A DNA stretch of 64,000 nucleotides from Mobula hypostoma. Taxonomy: Eukaryota. The stretch is from assembly GCF_963921235.1 (NCBI RefSeq), contig NC_086097.1:119600001-119664000 (forward strand), in the 5' to 3' direction. Shown here piece by piece: positions 24,260-36,608 of the stretch (the first letter of the stretch is position 1; every line of letters begins with the position of its first letter). The notes beneath the pieces are model-generated. The model was not told the DNA's origin. It worked only from the letters and a program-made list of their open reading frames with translations, and did no database searches. The translations under genes were made by a program, and so were the position numbers.

Positions 24260-25985
24260 GGACCGACTCTGAGGATGACGGTGAGGGAGGAGTGGTTGGC
24301 ATCATAACTGTCTGATGTCTGTTCGTTAGGAAGTCCAACACCCAGTTTCAGAGTGGTTTATTTTGACCGAGGAACAAGAGTTTGTTCACCAAGGTCTGTG
24401 GGACAAAACTGTTGAGGGACAAATGTACCATGGAGAGCATTCTAACTGGCTGCATTACCATCTGTTATGCTGGGGTTGGGGGTGTCTAGGGCAGAAGATT
24501 GAAGTAAGTTGCAGAAACTTGTAAAATTAGTCAGCTCCAACATGGGTACCAGTTTCCATAGTATCCAAGACATCTTCAAGGAATGGTGCCCTAGGAAGGA
24601 GGTGTCCAGCATTAAGAACCCCCACCAGCCAGGACATGCCCTCTTCTCATTGTTACCATTGGGAAGGAGATACAAAAGCCTGAAGGCAAACACTCAGTGA
24701 TTCAGGAGCATCTTCTTCCCCTCTGTGACATACGGCAGTGGCGGGGAATGGACCCAAGTGCAAGACTCAGACCCTGAAGTACTAGGGACAGGACTAGGAT
24801 ACAGGGTGAGGGCTAGGACATGGACATGAAAACCAGGGACCTGGAACAGGACTGGACAAGAGAGCTAGAGGCCCGGGCTTGGACTCCGAGCCAGAGACTG
24901 GACAAGGACCCAGTACCTGGGTCTTGCCTCTGGCTCGGACCCCAAAACTAGGCAGGGATGAGGCTTCGCTGGCAGGCAGGATGAGGCTGGAGTCTTAGAG
25001 ACTTGAGGCGAGGTTTGGCAGGAGGCAGGAGACTTGAGGCGAGGCTTGGCAGGAGGCAGGAGACTGGAGTCTTCAGGCTTGAGACTAGACAGGAGGCTGG
25101 AGGCTCCTCCTGGGCAGGGCACTGTTCCCCTGGGCAGGGTGCGGTTCTCCTGAGCAGGGTGCGGTTCTCCATCCGACGGAGGCAAGGGACAGGAAGGGAC
25201 AGAACCAACTGCAGGTAACGGCAAGACGGCCTGGCTTACCCGACGGAGGCAAGGGACAGGAAAGGACAGAATCAACCACAGGGTAATGGCAAGATGGGCC
25301 AGATATACACGGCAAAGGCAAGGGACAGGAAGGGAGCTAGGTACGGGGTGGCTGCAGGACAAGACTGCAGGCGAGATGAGGCAAGAGGACCAGCAAGACC
25401 AGGCAAGGCTTCAGGCAATGCAAGGCGAAATGAGAACTTCAGGCGAGGTGAGAGTTACTGGCAAAACAAGGCAAGGTTTCAGGCGAGGAAACAGAAGGCA
25501 GAGGAAGGGATACAAGGAGTAAGGACAAGAACAATCCAGAAGCCACGCCCTGGTCTCTGAATGTATTTATGCAGCCAGCCCCAACGAGCATCAGCTGCCT
25601 CAATTAGAGCTCAACAAGAACAGAAACAGGGTAGACAGGAAAACCTGGAACAAGGGTCGATGGACCAGACCGTGAACCGGAATACTGTCTTCATGGACCA
25701 GACCATTACACTCTGCCATCCTAATTCTAAATGGGCATTGAACCCATTATCACAACCTCACTATTTCTTTTATTTCTGTTTTTCTCTGCACTACTTATCT
25801 TAACCTAAGTTTTTAATAAACACATATATATATACTTCCCGTAATTCTCTTTTTTCCTCTATATTTATTTATCATGTACTGCTGCCTTAAAGTTAACAAA
25901 TTTCAGAACATTTGCTGGTGATACTAAATCTGATTCTGAATGCTGAACTGAAATCCAGAAACAGCATTCTGACATGTGTCCTTGG
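24260..25985 (-). mobile_element. Rex1/Babar RT fragment (24260-24415 and ~25939-25985) hosting a plus-strand Rex 3' end (~24416-25939)
   Basis: Minus WVLDFLTNRHQTV; the reverse complement of DFSSAFN is split as actgttga / atgctgaactgaaatc. The insert encodes LQKLVKLVS...KNPHQPGHALFSLLPLGRRY and ends (ttctga)n. Confidence 0.75.
24726..25710 (-). mobile_element. Solo LTR (Gypsy-like) with internal tandem repeats
   Basis: TG...CA termini; perfect 5-bp TSD CTCTG (24721-24725 and 25711-25715); CAGCTG then ATAAATA on the minus strand; GC-rich internal duplications. Confidence 0.85.
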
Positions 25986-25989
25986 TATG

Positions 25990-27562
25990 ATCATCCACTT
26001 TGGTAGAAGGAATAAAGGAATAGATCATTTTCTAAACAGGGTGCCAATTCCGCGGTACAAAGTGACTTGGTAGTCCTGTACAGGATTCCCTAAAGATTAA
26101 TTTTTAGGTTGAGTTGGTAGAAAACAAGGCAAGTGCAATGTTGGCATTCATGTAGAGAGGAGGAGAATATAAAAGCAGGAGTGTAATACCGAGGCTTTAT
26201 AAGATATTGTTCAGACCACATTTGGGGTATTGTGAGCAGTTTTAGGCTCCTTATCTAAGAAAGGATGTACTGACATTGGAGAGGGTCCAGAGGAGTTTTA
26301 TGAGAATGGTCCCAGAATGAAAGTGTGAGTGAGAAGCCTTCGTCCTCATGTTGGTGCCAAGTGGCTGCTTCTTCAAGTTCATTTGCTGAAACAGCTTAAA
26401 TTCCTCTCTTTTTAAGGCCATTGGGGTCCTATCAAGTTCCTGATCTGCACCCAAACTGCATTTTTTTTATGGTGGATGAGTTCCTGTTCCTGGAGCTCAT
26501 CAGTTGACTGCTTTCTGACATTTCTCCAGGCGTGGTTTGGAAGATGGTGCCTCCAGGGTGCAGCCCTGTATATGACCGGTTCCAGGACAGCGTTGCCAAC
26601 TGAGGCGCCATGGGAGATAGAACATTAGGATTTTCGCTGTGGCGGATGTATGGATGGAGGACCCTGTAGTCAAACAATCACACTCACTCTTTCTCTTGAT
26701 GGCGGAGAGCTTGCTGCCAATTCTCGAGTAGGAGAATCTTGGAATAAAAAGTGACATGGCAGACTGTAATATCGTATCAACGACTGTCAATCTCCCCTTT
26801 GGCTGTGAAAATTGGTGATATCTTGTGAGAGAAAGAGAGCCTGTGGCATGTCGAAATACTGGGTAAATAATAGTTTTTGTGGACTGTAGATCATGGTCAC
26901 TCTTTGGGAGCTTGCTGTTGCTTGGTGGGCAGTAGACGCTGTACAGCTAATGTGTTGATGTTTGTTGCTGCTTGCACGGGGAGGAGGAGAGGGGGCTTTG
27001 TGGTTCTCATGTTTTTCTGTCATTCATTCTCTTGGGGTTCTTCTGTTTTTTGTGGATGTTTGCAAAGGCAAGTAGTTCAGGTTGTATACTGTATACATTC
27101 TCTGTTAATAAATTCAACCGTTTGAACTATTTGATGGCTCTGGCCCTGTGCTCTTTGGAGTTTAGAAGAATGAGGGAAGATGTGATTGAACCTTACTGAA
27201 TATTGAAGGCCTAGATAGATTTAATGTGGAGAAGATGATTCCAAAAGCAGGGGAGTCTAGGATAGGAGGGTACAGCTTCAGATTGCAAGAATGTCCCCTT
27301 AGAACAGAGATGAGAGAGAATTTCCTTAGCTGGACAGTGATGAATCTATGGAATTCATTGCCACAGATGAATGTGAAAGCTAAGTGATTGGATATATTTA
27401 AAGCAGAAATTCACAGGTTCTTGAATTCTAAAGGTATCAAAGGTTATGGAGAGAAGGCAGAAGAATGGGTTTAAGAGGGATAGTAAATCAGCCATGATTT
27501 AAAGACTGAGCATACCCAATGGGCACAATGGCTAATTCTGCTCCCATGTCTTATGGTCTTAC
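25990..27562 (+). mobile_element. Degenerate CR1 3' part with an ~800-bp insertion (~26325-27128)
   Basis: CR1 motifs on both sides (ttcagaccacatttggggtattgtgagcagtttt; tcttatggtctt tail). The insert ends in a LINE-type tail with aataaa. Confidence 0.75.
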
Positions 27563-27870
27563 GGTTAATAACCAATCCCAAAAGTGCATGGGTACTTAGA
27601 GAGTGATAGGGTCATACAGCATGGAAGCAATTCATTCAGCCCACCTCATCTACAGTGACCAGTAAGGAGCTATCTGTATTAATCCCATCTTTCAGCACAT
27701 GGCTCATGTCCTTCAGAGTCTAGAAAATGCAGGAGCTCATCTTAACACTTTGATAATGCTGTCAGTGACTTTGTTTCCACCACTCCCTCAGCCAGTATAC
27801 TCCAGCTGCATTCCCTCTAAAGCTTTTAACCCACACCTTAAATGTATAGTAATATGCAAAAGTCCTTGGT

Positions 27871-27893
27871 GTATGTATGTACGTGTGTATGTG

Positions 27894-27925
<32 letters not shown>

Positions 27926-27953
27926 TATACACATATATATACATACATACATA
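27871..27953. repeat. Compound (TG/TA/CA)n microsatellite
   Basis: Directly visible in the sequence. Confidence 0.95.
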
Positions 27954-28363
27954 TGAGAATAGGTTGAGTGAACTCGGCCATTTGTCCTTGGTGCGACGGA
28001 GGATGAGAGTGACCTGATTGAGGTGTATAAGATGATGAGAGGCATTGATCAATAGGATAGTCAGAGGCTTTTTCCCAGGGCTGAAATGGCTAACACAACA
28101 GGGCACAGTTTTAAGGTGCTTGGAAGTAGGTACAGAGGAGATGTCAGAGGTAAGTTTTTTTACGCAGAGAGTGGTGAGTGCGTGGAATGGGCTGCCGGCA
28201 ACTGTGGTATAGGTGAATACGAAGGGTCTTTTAAGAGACTCCTGGACAGGCATATGGAGCTCAGAGAAATAGAGGGCTATGGGTAATCCTCAGTAAGGAC
28301 ATATTCGGCACAGCTTTGTAGGCCAACCGGCCTGTATTGTGTTGTAGGTTTTCTATGTTTCTA
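27954..28363 (+). mobile_element. CR1 3' end
   Basis: YENRLSELG...FKVLGSRYRGDVRGKFF; tttctatgtttct tail. Confidence 0.88.
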
Positions 28364-28995
28364 AGAGCATACATGTTAAGGACTGAGTACTAGCTAATTC
28401 TGAAGGCCTTACTCCATCCTTGACAAGCTGTCCTCTGTCCTTTTTTTTTACTGGGACAGGTTCTTGGTTACTTGAACAATTAAACGTCTTGGCAATGCTG
28501 AGGAAGTCACACACGTTTTTTCTTGCAAGCTTCTGTACATTCTCTGTACTCTCCCTTCATCAGTTGTTATTTAGGTCAAGAGACCTCGGCCTTCAGGCAT
28601 ATGTAATATTGTTCTTGATTGTGATAGGCACAGTGAAGTCTGCATGTGTGGCTAATTATGTCTTGGATGTTCTGTGACCTCCTCATTTTCCACACAGCCT
28701 GGGTCAAGGACTCTTGAAGAGCATGATGACATCATGAGCTCTTTGGATCATGATGGCCTACGTTTCCAGGCTCCTGAGCCCCCAGAAGGAGAGGCAGTTT
28801 GTTCTTGTGACTTGAAACTATCCAAAGTTGGTCATTATGAATCTTTGCTGTATGTCATAGTAGATCAGTGATCATGTAGCAACTTTTCACTGGATTAGAT
28901 AGTGGAAGTGGATGTTTATATGGCTAATGTGTTGGTAGCCATTTTACAACTAATCACTGGATTGGATGTCGGTGGGGCTGTTGTATGTATTCCAA

Positions 28996-29903
28996 GGCTA
29001 CGTCCACACTAGACCGGATAATCTTGAAAATGCTGGTTTCGCGTAAAAACGATAGGCGTCCACACCAGGCGTTTTTAAAAATATCTCCGTCCACATTAGA
29101 ATGGATATTTGGGTGAATCTCCTCCTACTGGTCATGTTCAGGACACACAGAAAACAAGCGAAGAGGAAACGGTATACTTGGTGCGTGTTTGAATAGTTAC
29201 AGACTAGAAAAATTTAAAAGGAATTGCTGTTGGCTGTCGCACAGGAGGACTTAAAACTAAAACAAAAACAAATTCCGGAGCGTATGGAAGCAACCGACAG
29301 GGAGTTCACGGACAGTATAACCCGGCTGACGATGAACATTGAAAAACTGACTAACTCTGTTGCAATAATAAAGCACCTTGTTAAATGTACAAAACATGTC
29401 TGCATCAGCGTTATCTTGTATGTCCATACAATGTTACATTAGGCTGTTACACATCTATTGTCAGAGAAGTACTTGCATAAATAGGTAAACCACCTTCATA
29501 CAAGCTAGAGCAGAAAACAGGGCAAAGTGAGTATACTTATTTATTCAGTAAGCTATGGGTCAAAGTATTTGGTGAGTACATTTCTAACTCTTCTGGCTTC
29601 AGTTTCGTTGCCATCTGTTCTGAAATTTTTAGGTTGTGTGAGGGGTTGCGTTCAAGAAAAACTTGAAATGCCATGCTGCCGCCCTCTGCTCTGGCACGTC
29701 ATGACAGCATTTTTAAAAATATCCATTTACCCCATCCACACTGCTCTGCACAATCGGCGTTTTCAAATTTACACAGTCTGGAGGGCGTTTTAGAAAATCT
29801 CCATTTTTGGGGGAGGAAAACGCCGTTTCAGTATGGATGGAGGCTCAAAACAAAGAGAAAAAGCTTTGGTTACAGATTTATCCGGTCTAGTGTGGACATA
29901 GCC
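28996..29903. mobile_element. Non-autonomous PIF/Harbinger-type DNA transposon
   Basis: 26-bp TIRs GGCTACGTCCACACTAGACCGGATAA (28996-29021) and TTATCCGGTCTAGTGTGGACATAGCC (29878-29903), 1 mismatch; flanks CAA/TAA fit a 3-bp TWA-type TSD. Confidence 0.85.
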
Positions 29904-30809
29904 TAAGATAATTGTGTGGAATATTTAGTCAAAAGTGTTCTTTTGCAGCAGCACAGAGAAGTGAATTCAAAGGTGCCTGGGATGGCTGTACTTTTAGATT
30001 CAAGATTAAAGATTGCTGAATATCATTTCAGTTCATAAGTATAAAGGAGTATGAAACAAGTGTTACCCTAAATCCAATGCAGCACAAAAACACAAAAGAT
30101 AAAGAAAACAATAATAATAATAATAAAGCACAAATTATGTCCATAATGTGGGGCTAGGCACATGACTGTCTATACAAGAGGTGACTGACAGGAAATGAAA
30201 AAGTAGTGGTGGTTGGGGGTGTGGAGGGGTGGCTTAATGGATGGAGGTTTTTACTTCAAGAACACATCCTCATCTCTAACAGCATGAAGAGCTGAAATAA
30301 TTGCGGGAGTATCACATATAGAAAGAAGTGACAGGATGAGGTAATATGTTTCTGATGAGGTAAAATCATTAAGCTTCCTCCAGGAACCAAAATCAGATAC
30401 AGAATATATATGGTAAATTAAATAAGTAGAGCAAAAAGAGAGCAAAAATAGAGAGGTAGTGTTCATGAATTCATTGTCCATTCAGAAATCTGATGGAGAA
30501 GGGTAAAAAGCTGTTCTTATTTAGTGCATTTAGTGTGCATTTTCAGGCTCTTGTACCTGGTGATAGCAATGAGAAGAGCACCTGTCCTGTGTGATGGAGG
30601 TCTTTAATGATGGACGGCACCTCTTTATGGCATCACGTTTTGAAGATGTCCTTAATGCTGGAGAGGCCAGTTCTCCCAATAACTGGGTGTGCAGCCCCAA
30701 GACCAAACATCTATATCACTGTGCAGAAAAGGATGGAGAAATTTACCTGCTGTTTCTTCAACTTGGATTCCTTCTTTTTCATAGATGCTTGCTTCCATCA
30801 CAGTTAACA

Positions 30810-31425
30810 TCCCTGTAGCTCCATCCTGGGCCCAACATATTGATACAGTTATGATGAAGGCATGCCAGGGCTTTTATTTTATTAGGAATTTGAAGAGATA
30901 TGGTCTGTCACCAAAGACTCTAGAGATACAAATATACTGTGCAGAGCATTCCAGCTGGTTGCTTCAGCATTCAGTACAGAGGAGCCTCTGCTCAGGATTG
31001 GAAAAAGCTGTAGTAAGTTGCAAACTCAGCCAGCCATCTCCATGATGGCCAGCCTCCCCAGTATCAAAGACATCTTCAAAAAGCGATGCCTTACAAGGGG
31101 ACATCCATTATTAAAGACTCTCATCACTCCAGAAAATGCTATCTTCTTATTATTACCATCAGAGAGGAGGTACAGGAGACCGAAAACACTGAGTCAACAT
31201 TTAGTAGGAGCAGCTTCTTCCTCTCCACCATCAGATTTCTGAATGAACAATGAAGCAAATGATGAACACTAACAGTTTTTGACCTCTTTTGCACTACTTA
31301 TTTATCCTTTTTTCTATATTTATTACCGTAATGTACAGTATTTTTATGCATTGCATCGTACTGCTGCCACAAAACAAGTTTTATGACATATGTCAGTGAT
31401 ATTAAACTTGATTCTCAGTCTGATT
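30810..31425 (+). mobile_element. Rex1/Babar 3' fragment (a further minus-strand piece lies at ~30390-30680)
   Basis: SWAQHIDTVMMKACQGFYFIRNLKRYG and LPSIKDIFKKRC...LLPSERRYR. Confidence 0.8.
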
Positions 31426-32019
31426 TTCTGTGATCCCTTAACCAGCAGAAGTTTTTAAACCTAGCTACTGTGCCAACTTTTTTTCCTCTACCCTAGGTAG
31501 TTTGCCTCACTTTCCAACAAATTGCCCACTATTCCAAAAATTTTCCTGCCTCTTGCCCCTATAGCTGCACTCCCTACACTTAACACCCTCACCACCCCAG
31601 ATCCAGACTCCCTTTGGAGATGCTATACTGTCATTATCATGGTTTATTTGGGCCTTGGCCATTGGAAACACAGTGAAACACACTATCCAGGTGTGTACCA
31701 GAGACCTGCTCAATGTTAAGTAAGCCATCATAACATTGAGCTCCTATCCTTGGTATGAGTATGGGAACAGAGAGAAACTTGGAGAAATATGCATATCCCA
31801 GCTGCCACATAACTATCCAATTTTCCTTTCTAAGGAGAAGCTGGGAAGATCTATGATGGGAAGTTAAGTTTCTCTACCAACTAAGCTTCCAAACGGTGAA
31901 AGATAAAATTATCATTGATATTTCTGAGAGGAACCTCCTCTTGTTATTTATTTTTCAGTACTGATGGATGGTCAAGACCTTCTATCTTCACTCCAATAAT
32001 TCTATCCTCCAAGAGGACT

Positions 32020-32407
32020 ACAACCATGTGATGGTTTGGAGGCTTGCATGCCTTGATGACCTGGAGAGCTATGTTGGCTAAAGTCACAGCATTAGGCTTT
32101 CACTCTTAGTAGGGTCACCCATGTCAAACAGATCAAAGGGTGGAGGCCAGACTAAGAGTTGTTCACTAGTCATCTGAGTTCAGGGGTTCAACTTAGGGTC
32201 TGATTAAACTAAACTGATATGGAAACAGCAATGAATAATCCTTCAATATCTGAGTGTGACAGTGTTCCTGAGTCTCCACCCAGGACTTGCATGACTGACA
32301 GGAGAGGAAGCTACTGACAAAATGAAGGAAGTCCTGAACACCACAAGAGATGGAGGATCTTTATTGCTGCCCTAAATGTCAGTGATATAATGGGCAGTGA
32401 GTAAGTA
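32020..32407 (+). mobile_element. RTE-head non-autonomous retroelement
   Basis: GTAGGGTCACCCATG at 32109-32123; ends in a (gtaa)n tail; no ORF. Confidence 0.6.
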
Positions 32408-32880
32408 ATAAGACCAAAAGACATAGGAGCAGAATTAGACAATTTAGCCCATTGAGTCTGCTCTACCACTTGATTATGGCTGATTTAATATGCCTCTCAA
32501 CCCCATTCTCCAGCGTTCTCCCAGTAACCTTTGATGCCCTTACTAATAAAGAACTTGTCAACCACTGCTTTAAATACACCCAATGATTTGACCTCTACAG
32601 CTATCTGTGGTAATGCATTCCACAGATAATCCACCCTTTGGCTCAAGAATTTCCTCCTCATTTCTGTCTAAAGGGATGGCTTTGTATTGTGAGGTTGTGC
32701 CTATTGGTTTTAGTCTCCCCCACTATAGGTAGCATCTTCTCAACGTCCATTCTATCTACGGCTTTCAGTATCTGGTAGGTTTCAAGGAGATAGCTTCTCA
32801 TTCTTCTAAACTCCAGTCAGTATAGGCCCAGAACCCGTAAACTCTCCTCATATGTTAACACTTTCATTTTTGGGATTATT
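32408..32880 (-). mobile_element. CR1 3' region
   Basis: Reverse-complement CR1 tail and RT C-terminal sequence. Confidence 0.8.
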
Positions 32881-32954
32881 CCTTCACACATGAAAAGGTC
32901 AATTCAGGGCATTTAAGCTATTTCCAAGGCAGACTTTCTCTTGCATATCAGACT

Positions 32955-33085
32955 TTTGAAGCGCGTTGGCCCGAAACATCAACTGTACTCTTTTTACTAG
33001 AGGTAGCCTGGCCTGCTGAGTTCCTCCAGCATGTTTGTGTGTTGCTCGGATTTCCAGCATCCGAAAATTTTCTCTCGTTTGTGTT
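32955..33085 (+). mobile_element. PLE 3' terminal unit (partial hammerhead)
   Basis: ggcccgaaacatcaactg...cctgctgagttcctccagc...gatttccagcatc. Confidence 0.75.
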
Positions 33086-33575
33086 TCTTTGCTATAAGAT
33101 CACAAGCAGGTATTAATCACTTATGGATTTAAAGCACTGCATAATTCCTACACTCAACACTTCAAAAATGTTGTCCAAGACAAATGCATGTGGATTAACA
33201 CATTAGTGATACAGCAGAGAAAGCCAAACGATAATAACAGCAACTTCATTCCTCTCATACACTTCCTATTCCAAAGTTCAGTAGCAATGGATCATTAAAT
33301 GAACAAGTTACATCATTAGATGAAAATTACCTCCTCAAATGGAAACTATTTATAAGGGTTTGAGAAGAAAAATCCTTTTTTTTTCAGTCCAGGTATAAAT
33401 ATTCCAGAATGTCTAAACCAGTTCAAGGTCAATAGAAATAAAGAAATGGATTCATAACTCCTGCCAAAATTAATTTGGCTTCAGCGTTGCAAAGTTTACA
33501 TAATAAATATTTTTATCTATTACATTTAAAAATAAAAATGGCTATAAATAAAATAAACCCTGAATTGGAGTCCAA

Positions 33576-34157
33576 TCACAAACAAGAGAAAATCTACTTC
33601 CGTTGGAAATCCAAGCAACACACACAAAAAACTGGAGGAACTCAGCAGGCCAGGCGGCATCTACGGAAAAGAATTCCGTTGATGTTTTAGGCTGAGACTC
33701 TTCATCAGGCCTAGAGAAAAAGATGAGCGGTTGGAGTAAGAAAGTAGCAGAAAGGGATGAAGAACCATAGGGTTATAAGTGAAACTGGGATGGGGAGGGG
33801 GAACGAGTGAAGTAAAGAGCTGGGAAATTGATGAAAGAGATACAGGGCTGGAGAAGGAGGAATCTGATAAGAGAGGACTAAAGGCCATGGAAGAAATAAA
33901 AGGGGAGGAATACTAGTGGGAGGTGAAGACAGGTAAGGAGATAAGGTGAGAGAGGAAAATGGGAATGCGGAGTGATGGAGGAAGATGGGGGCATACTGGA
34001 AGTTTGAAAAATTGATGTTCATGCCATCAGGTTGGAGGCTACCCAGATGGAATGTAAAGTGTTGTTCTTTCAACCCGAGTGTGGCCTCATCGTGACGGTA
34101 GAGGAGGCCACGGACTGACATGTTAGAATGGGAATAGGAGGTGGAATTAAAACAGTC
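33576..34157 (-). mobile_element. Penelope-like element 3' end with GIY-YIG endonuclease C-terminal remnant
   Basis: FNSTSYSHSNMSVRGLLYRHDEATLGLKEQHFTFHLGSLQPDGMN matches the end of PLE GIY-YIG domains. A pyrimidine-rich UTR follows, then a decayed hammerhead (CTGATGA...AAAA, 33677-33712) and the terminal unit. Confidence 0.85.
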
Positions 34158-35392
34158 CATTGTGTGAATTGTTTCACAATATTTTCCATATTTGTATCTT
34201 GGCTGAATTATCTACAGATCTATTTTGAGTCCATAAGATGTTCACCCCATTGAAAAAAAGGCTTGCAGGTGCTATTCGGTATTTATTTTGCAATTATAGC
34301 CACCCAGTTACATTGGGATCAAATTTTCAGAGGTGGTTGCATTAAGGATGCATCCATTAGGGATTTTTGGTTCTGCCTGAACTTGGTTATACAATTCAAG
34401 GCAAGGTAATTGCCTGAAATATGCTAAATCTGCAATGATGCGAGCTTCAATCTGGATGAAAGTGACAATGTAAATTAATGTATTAGGAGGAGCTGTGGAA
34501 ATGCCAGCCTGAAATAGCTTCATTATCACATAGTGTTCGCATTGGAACACATCTACAAACAAGCAAACAAGGCAGCAAAAAACGACAATAAAATGCCTTT
34601 GCCTTCTTTTCTCTGTGAACAATTTGTAAAGCTTTGCAAGATATTACTCATACTATTTAATGTCAATAATACCAAAGTAGCAGCAATCTCAGGTGTCTTC
34701 ATCAATATCTTCATTGATAACATATTGAAGCAACACAATTGCACATATACGTCCCTAGTTGAAGAAATTCCAATTTGTCAACATCCCACAGGGGAGATCC
34801 ACAGACAGCATATGGAGAAAGCAGATGTGTTCCATTATCGCCTTCTTCACAATGAATTCTGGGAAAAATGTCTCAATTTATTTGTCATTATCTTGTGTTT
34901 CAGTATCTCTCTAGGAAAAGAATTTGAATAACTCCATCATTTTGCATATCAGAATCCATTGGTTTATCATTACAACACAACAACTCGTGCTGTATCACTT
35001 GTGTAATGCATGACCAATTTATTACATAAAGAGCGAACAGGGGCTTAGAAGGGTGCTAGTTTTCTCAGATCACAATATTTTTCTTCTCTGGTTACCTTAT
35101 TCTAGGGAAGGGACAGTTTAGCCCTTTTGAAATCCTTCTGCAGTTTACCTGATGTGGGAATGGGTTATTTGCATAATGAACTTGTGTACCAATGGCAGGC
35201 TCTATATTAACATAGGAATTGTTACCAAGGCAGCAATGTGATAACATTGGCTCATATCTCCTATAATCTGGGAGTCCACATTACACTAATCTCATTTTAT
35301 TTCCTCCAGGTACTCCAGTCTCTACTGTATGCAAAGGCAACCAGGTTGGTAGATTAATTGACCAGTATAGATTGCCCTGAATGTGTAGATAA

Positions 35393-36608
35393 TCCCAGCC
35401 ACATATCACCTTCCAACTAGCCTCCTTCCCCTTCCCACACCTTTTTATTCTGACATCTTCCCCCTCTTTCTCTCAGTCCTGAAGAAGTGGTGGAGGGAGT
35501 ACATTCAGATTGGAGGATTGTGACTACTGGTGTCCAAACAAGGATCTGTTCTGGGACCTCTACTTTTCGTGATTTTTATTAACAACCTGGATGTGGGGGT
35601 AGAAGGGTGGGTTGGCAAGTTTGCAGATGACACAAAGGTTGGTGGTGTTGTAGATAGTGTAGAGGATTGTCAAAGATTGCAGAGTGACATTGATAGGATG
35701 CAGAAGTGGGCTGAGAAGTGGCAGATGGAGTTCAACCCAGAGAAGTGTGAGGTGGTACACTTTGGAAGGACAAACTCTAAGGCAGAGTACAAAGTAAATG
35801 GCAGGATACTTGGTAGTGTGGAGGAGCAGAGGGATCTGGGGGTACATGTCCACAGATCCCTGAAAGTTGTCTCACAGGTGGATAGGGTAGTTAAGAAAAT
35901 TTGTGGGGTGTTGGCTTTCATAAGTCGAGGGATAAAGTTTTAAGAGTTGCGATGTAATGATGCAGCTCTATAAAACTCTGGTTAGGCCACACTTGGAGTA
36001 CTGTGTCCAGTTCTGGTCACCTCACTATAGGAAGGATGTGGAAGCATTGGAAAGGGTAGAGAGGAGATTTACTAGGATGTTGCCTGGTTTAGAGAGTATG
36101 CATTATGATCAGAGATTAAGGGAGCTAGGGCTTTCCTCTTTGGAGAGAAGGAGGATGAGAGGAGACATGATAGAGGTGTACAAGATAATAAGAGGAATAG
36201 ATAGAGTGGATAGCCAGCGCCTCTTCCCCAGGGCAGCAGTGCTCAATACAAGAGGACATGGCTTTAAGGTAAGGGGTGGGAATTTCAAGGGGGATATTAG
36301 AGGAAGGTTTTTTACTCAGAGAGTGGTTGGTGCGTGGAATGCACTGCCTGAGTCAGTGATGGAGGCAGATAAACTAGTGAAGTTTAAGAGACTACTAGAC
36401 AGGTATATGGAGGAATCTAAGATGGGGGCTTATATGGGAGGCAGGGTTCGAGGGTCGGCACAACATTGTGGGCCGAAGGGCCTGTACTGTGCTGTACAAT
36501 TCTATGTTCTATGTTCTAAGTGTCTCGGCCCGAAACGTCAACTATCTCACTCATTTCCATAGACGCTGCCTGACCTGCTGAGTTCTGCCAGCACTTTGTG
36601 AGTGTTGA
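35393..36608 (+). mobile_element. PLE 3' unit split inside its hammerhead by a CR1
   Basis: cagtcCTGAAGAag at 35474-35487 rejoins tgtctcggcccGAAAcgtcaact at 36521-36543. Confidence 0.85.
35490..36517 (+). mobile_element. Relatively young 5'-truncated CR1 LINE
   Basis: ORFs 35530-35943 (GKFADDTK intact) and 35957 onward (LVRPHLEYCVQFWSP), offset by a frameshift; (TTCTATG)n tail; 5-bp TSD AAGTG at 35485-35489 and 36518-36522. Confidence 0.95.

Noticed and set aside
24865..25560. Several 70-165 aa Pro/Arg-rich ORFs on both strands
   Set aside because: They lie within a GC-rich repetitive solo LTR, where few stop codons are expected.
27699..28253. ORFs with YIYI/THTH runs
   Set aside because: Microsatellite plus antisense CR1 sequence.
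28674..28871. Candidate plus-strand exon after ttttccacacag
   Set aside because: No good splice donor and no recognisable peptide.
34308..34931. 104-aa and 132-aa ORFs in unique sequence
   Set aside because: Non-ATG starts, no recognisable domain and no convincing exon chain.
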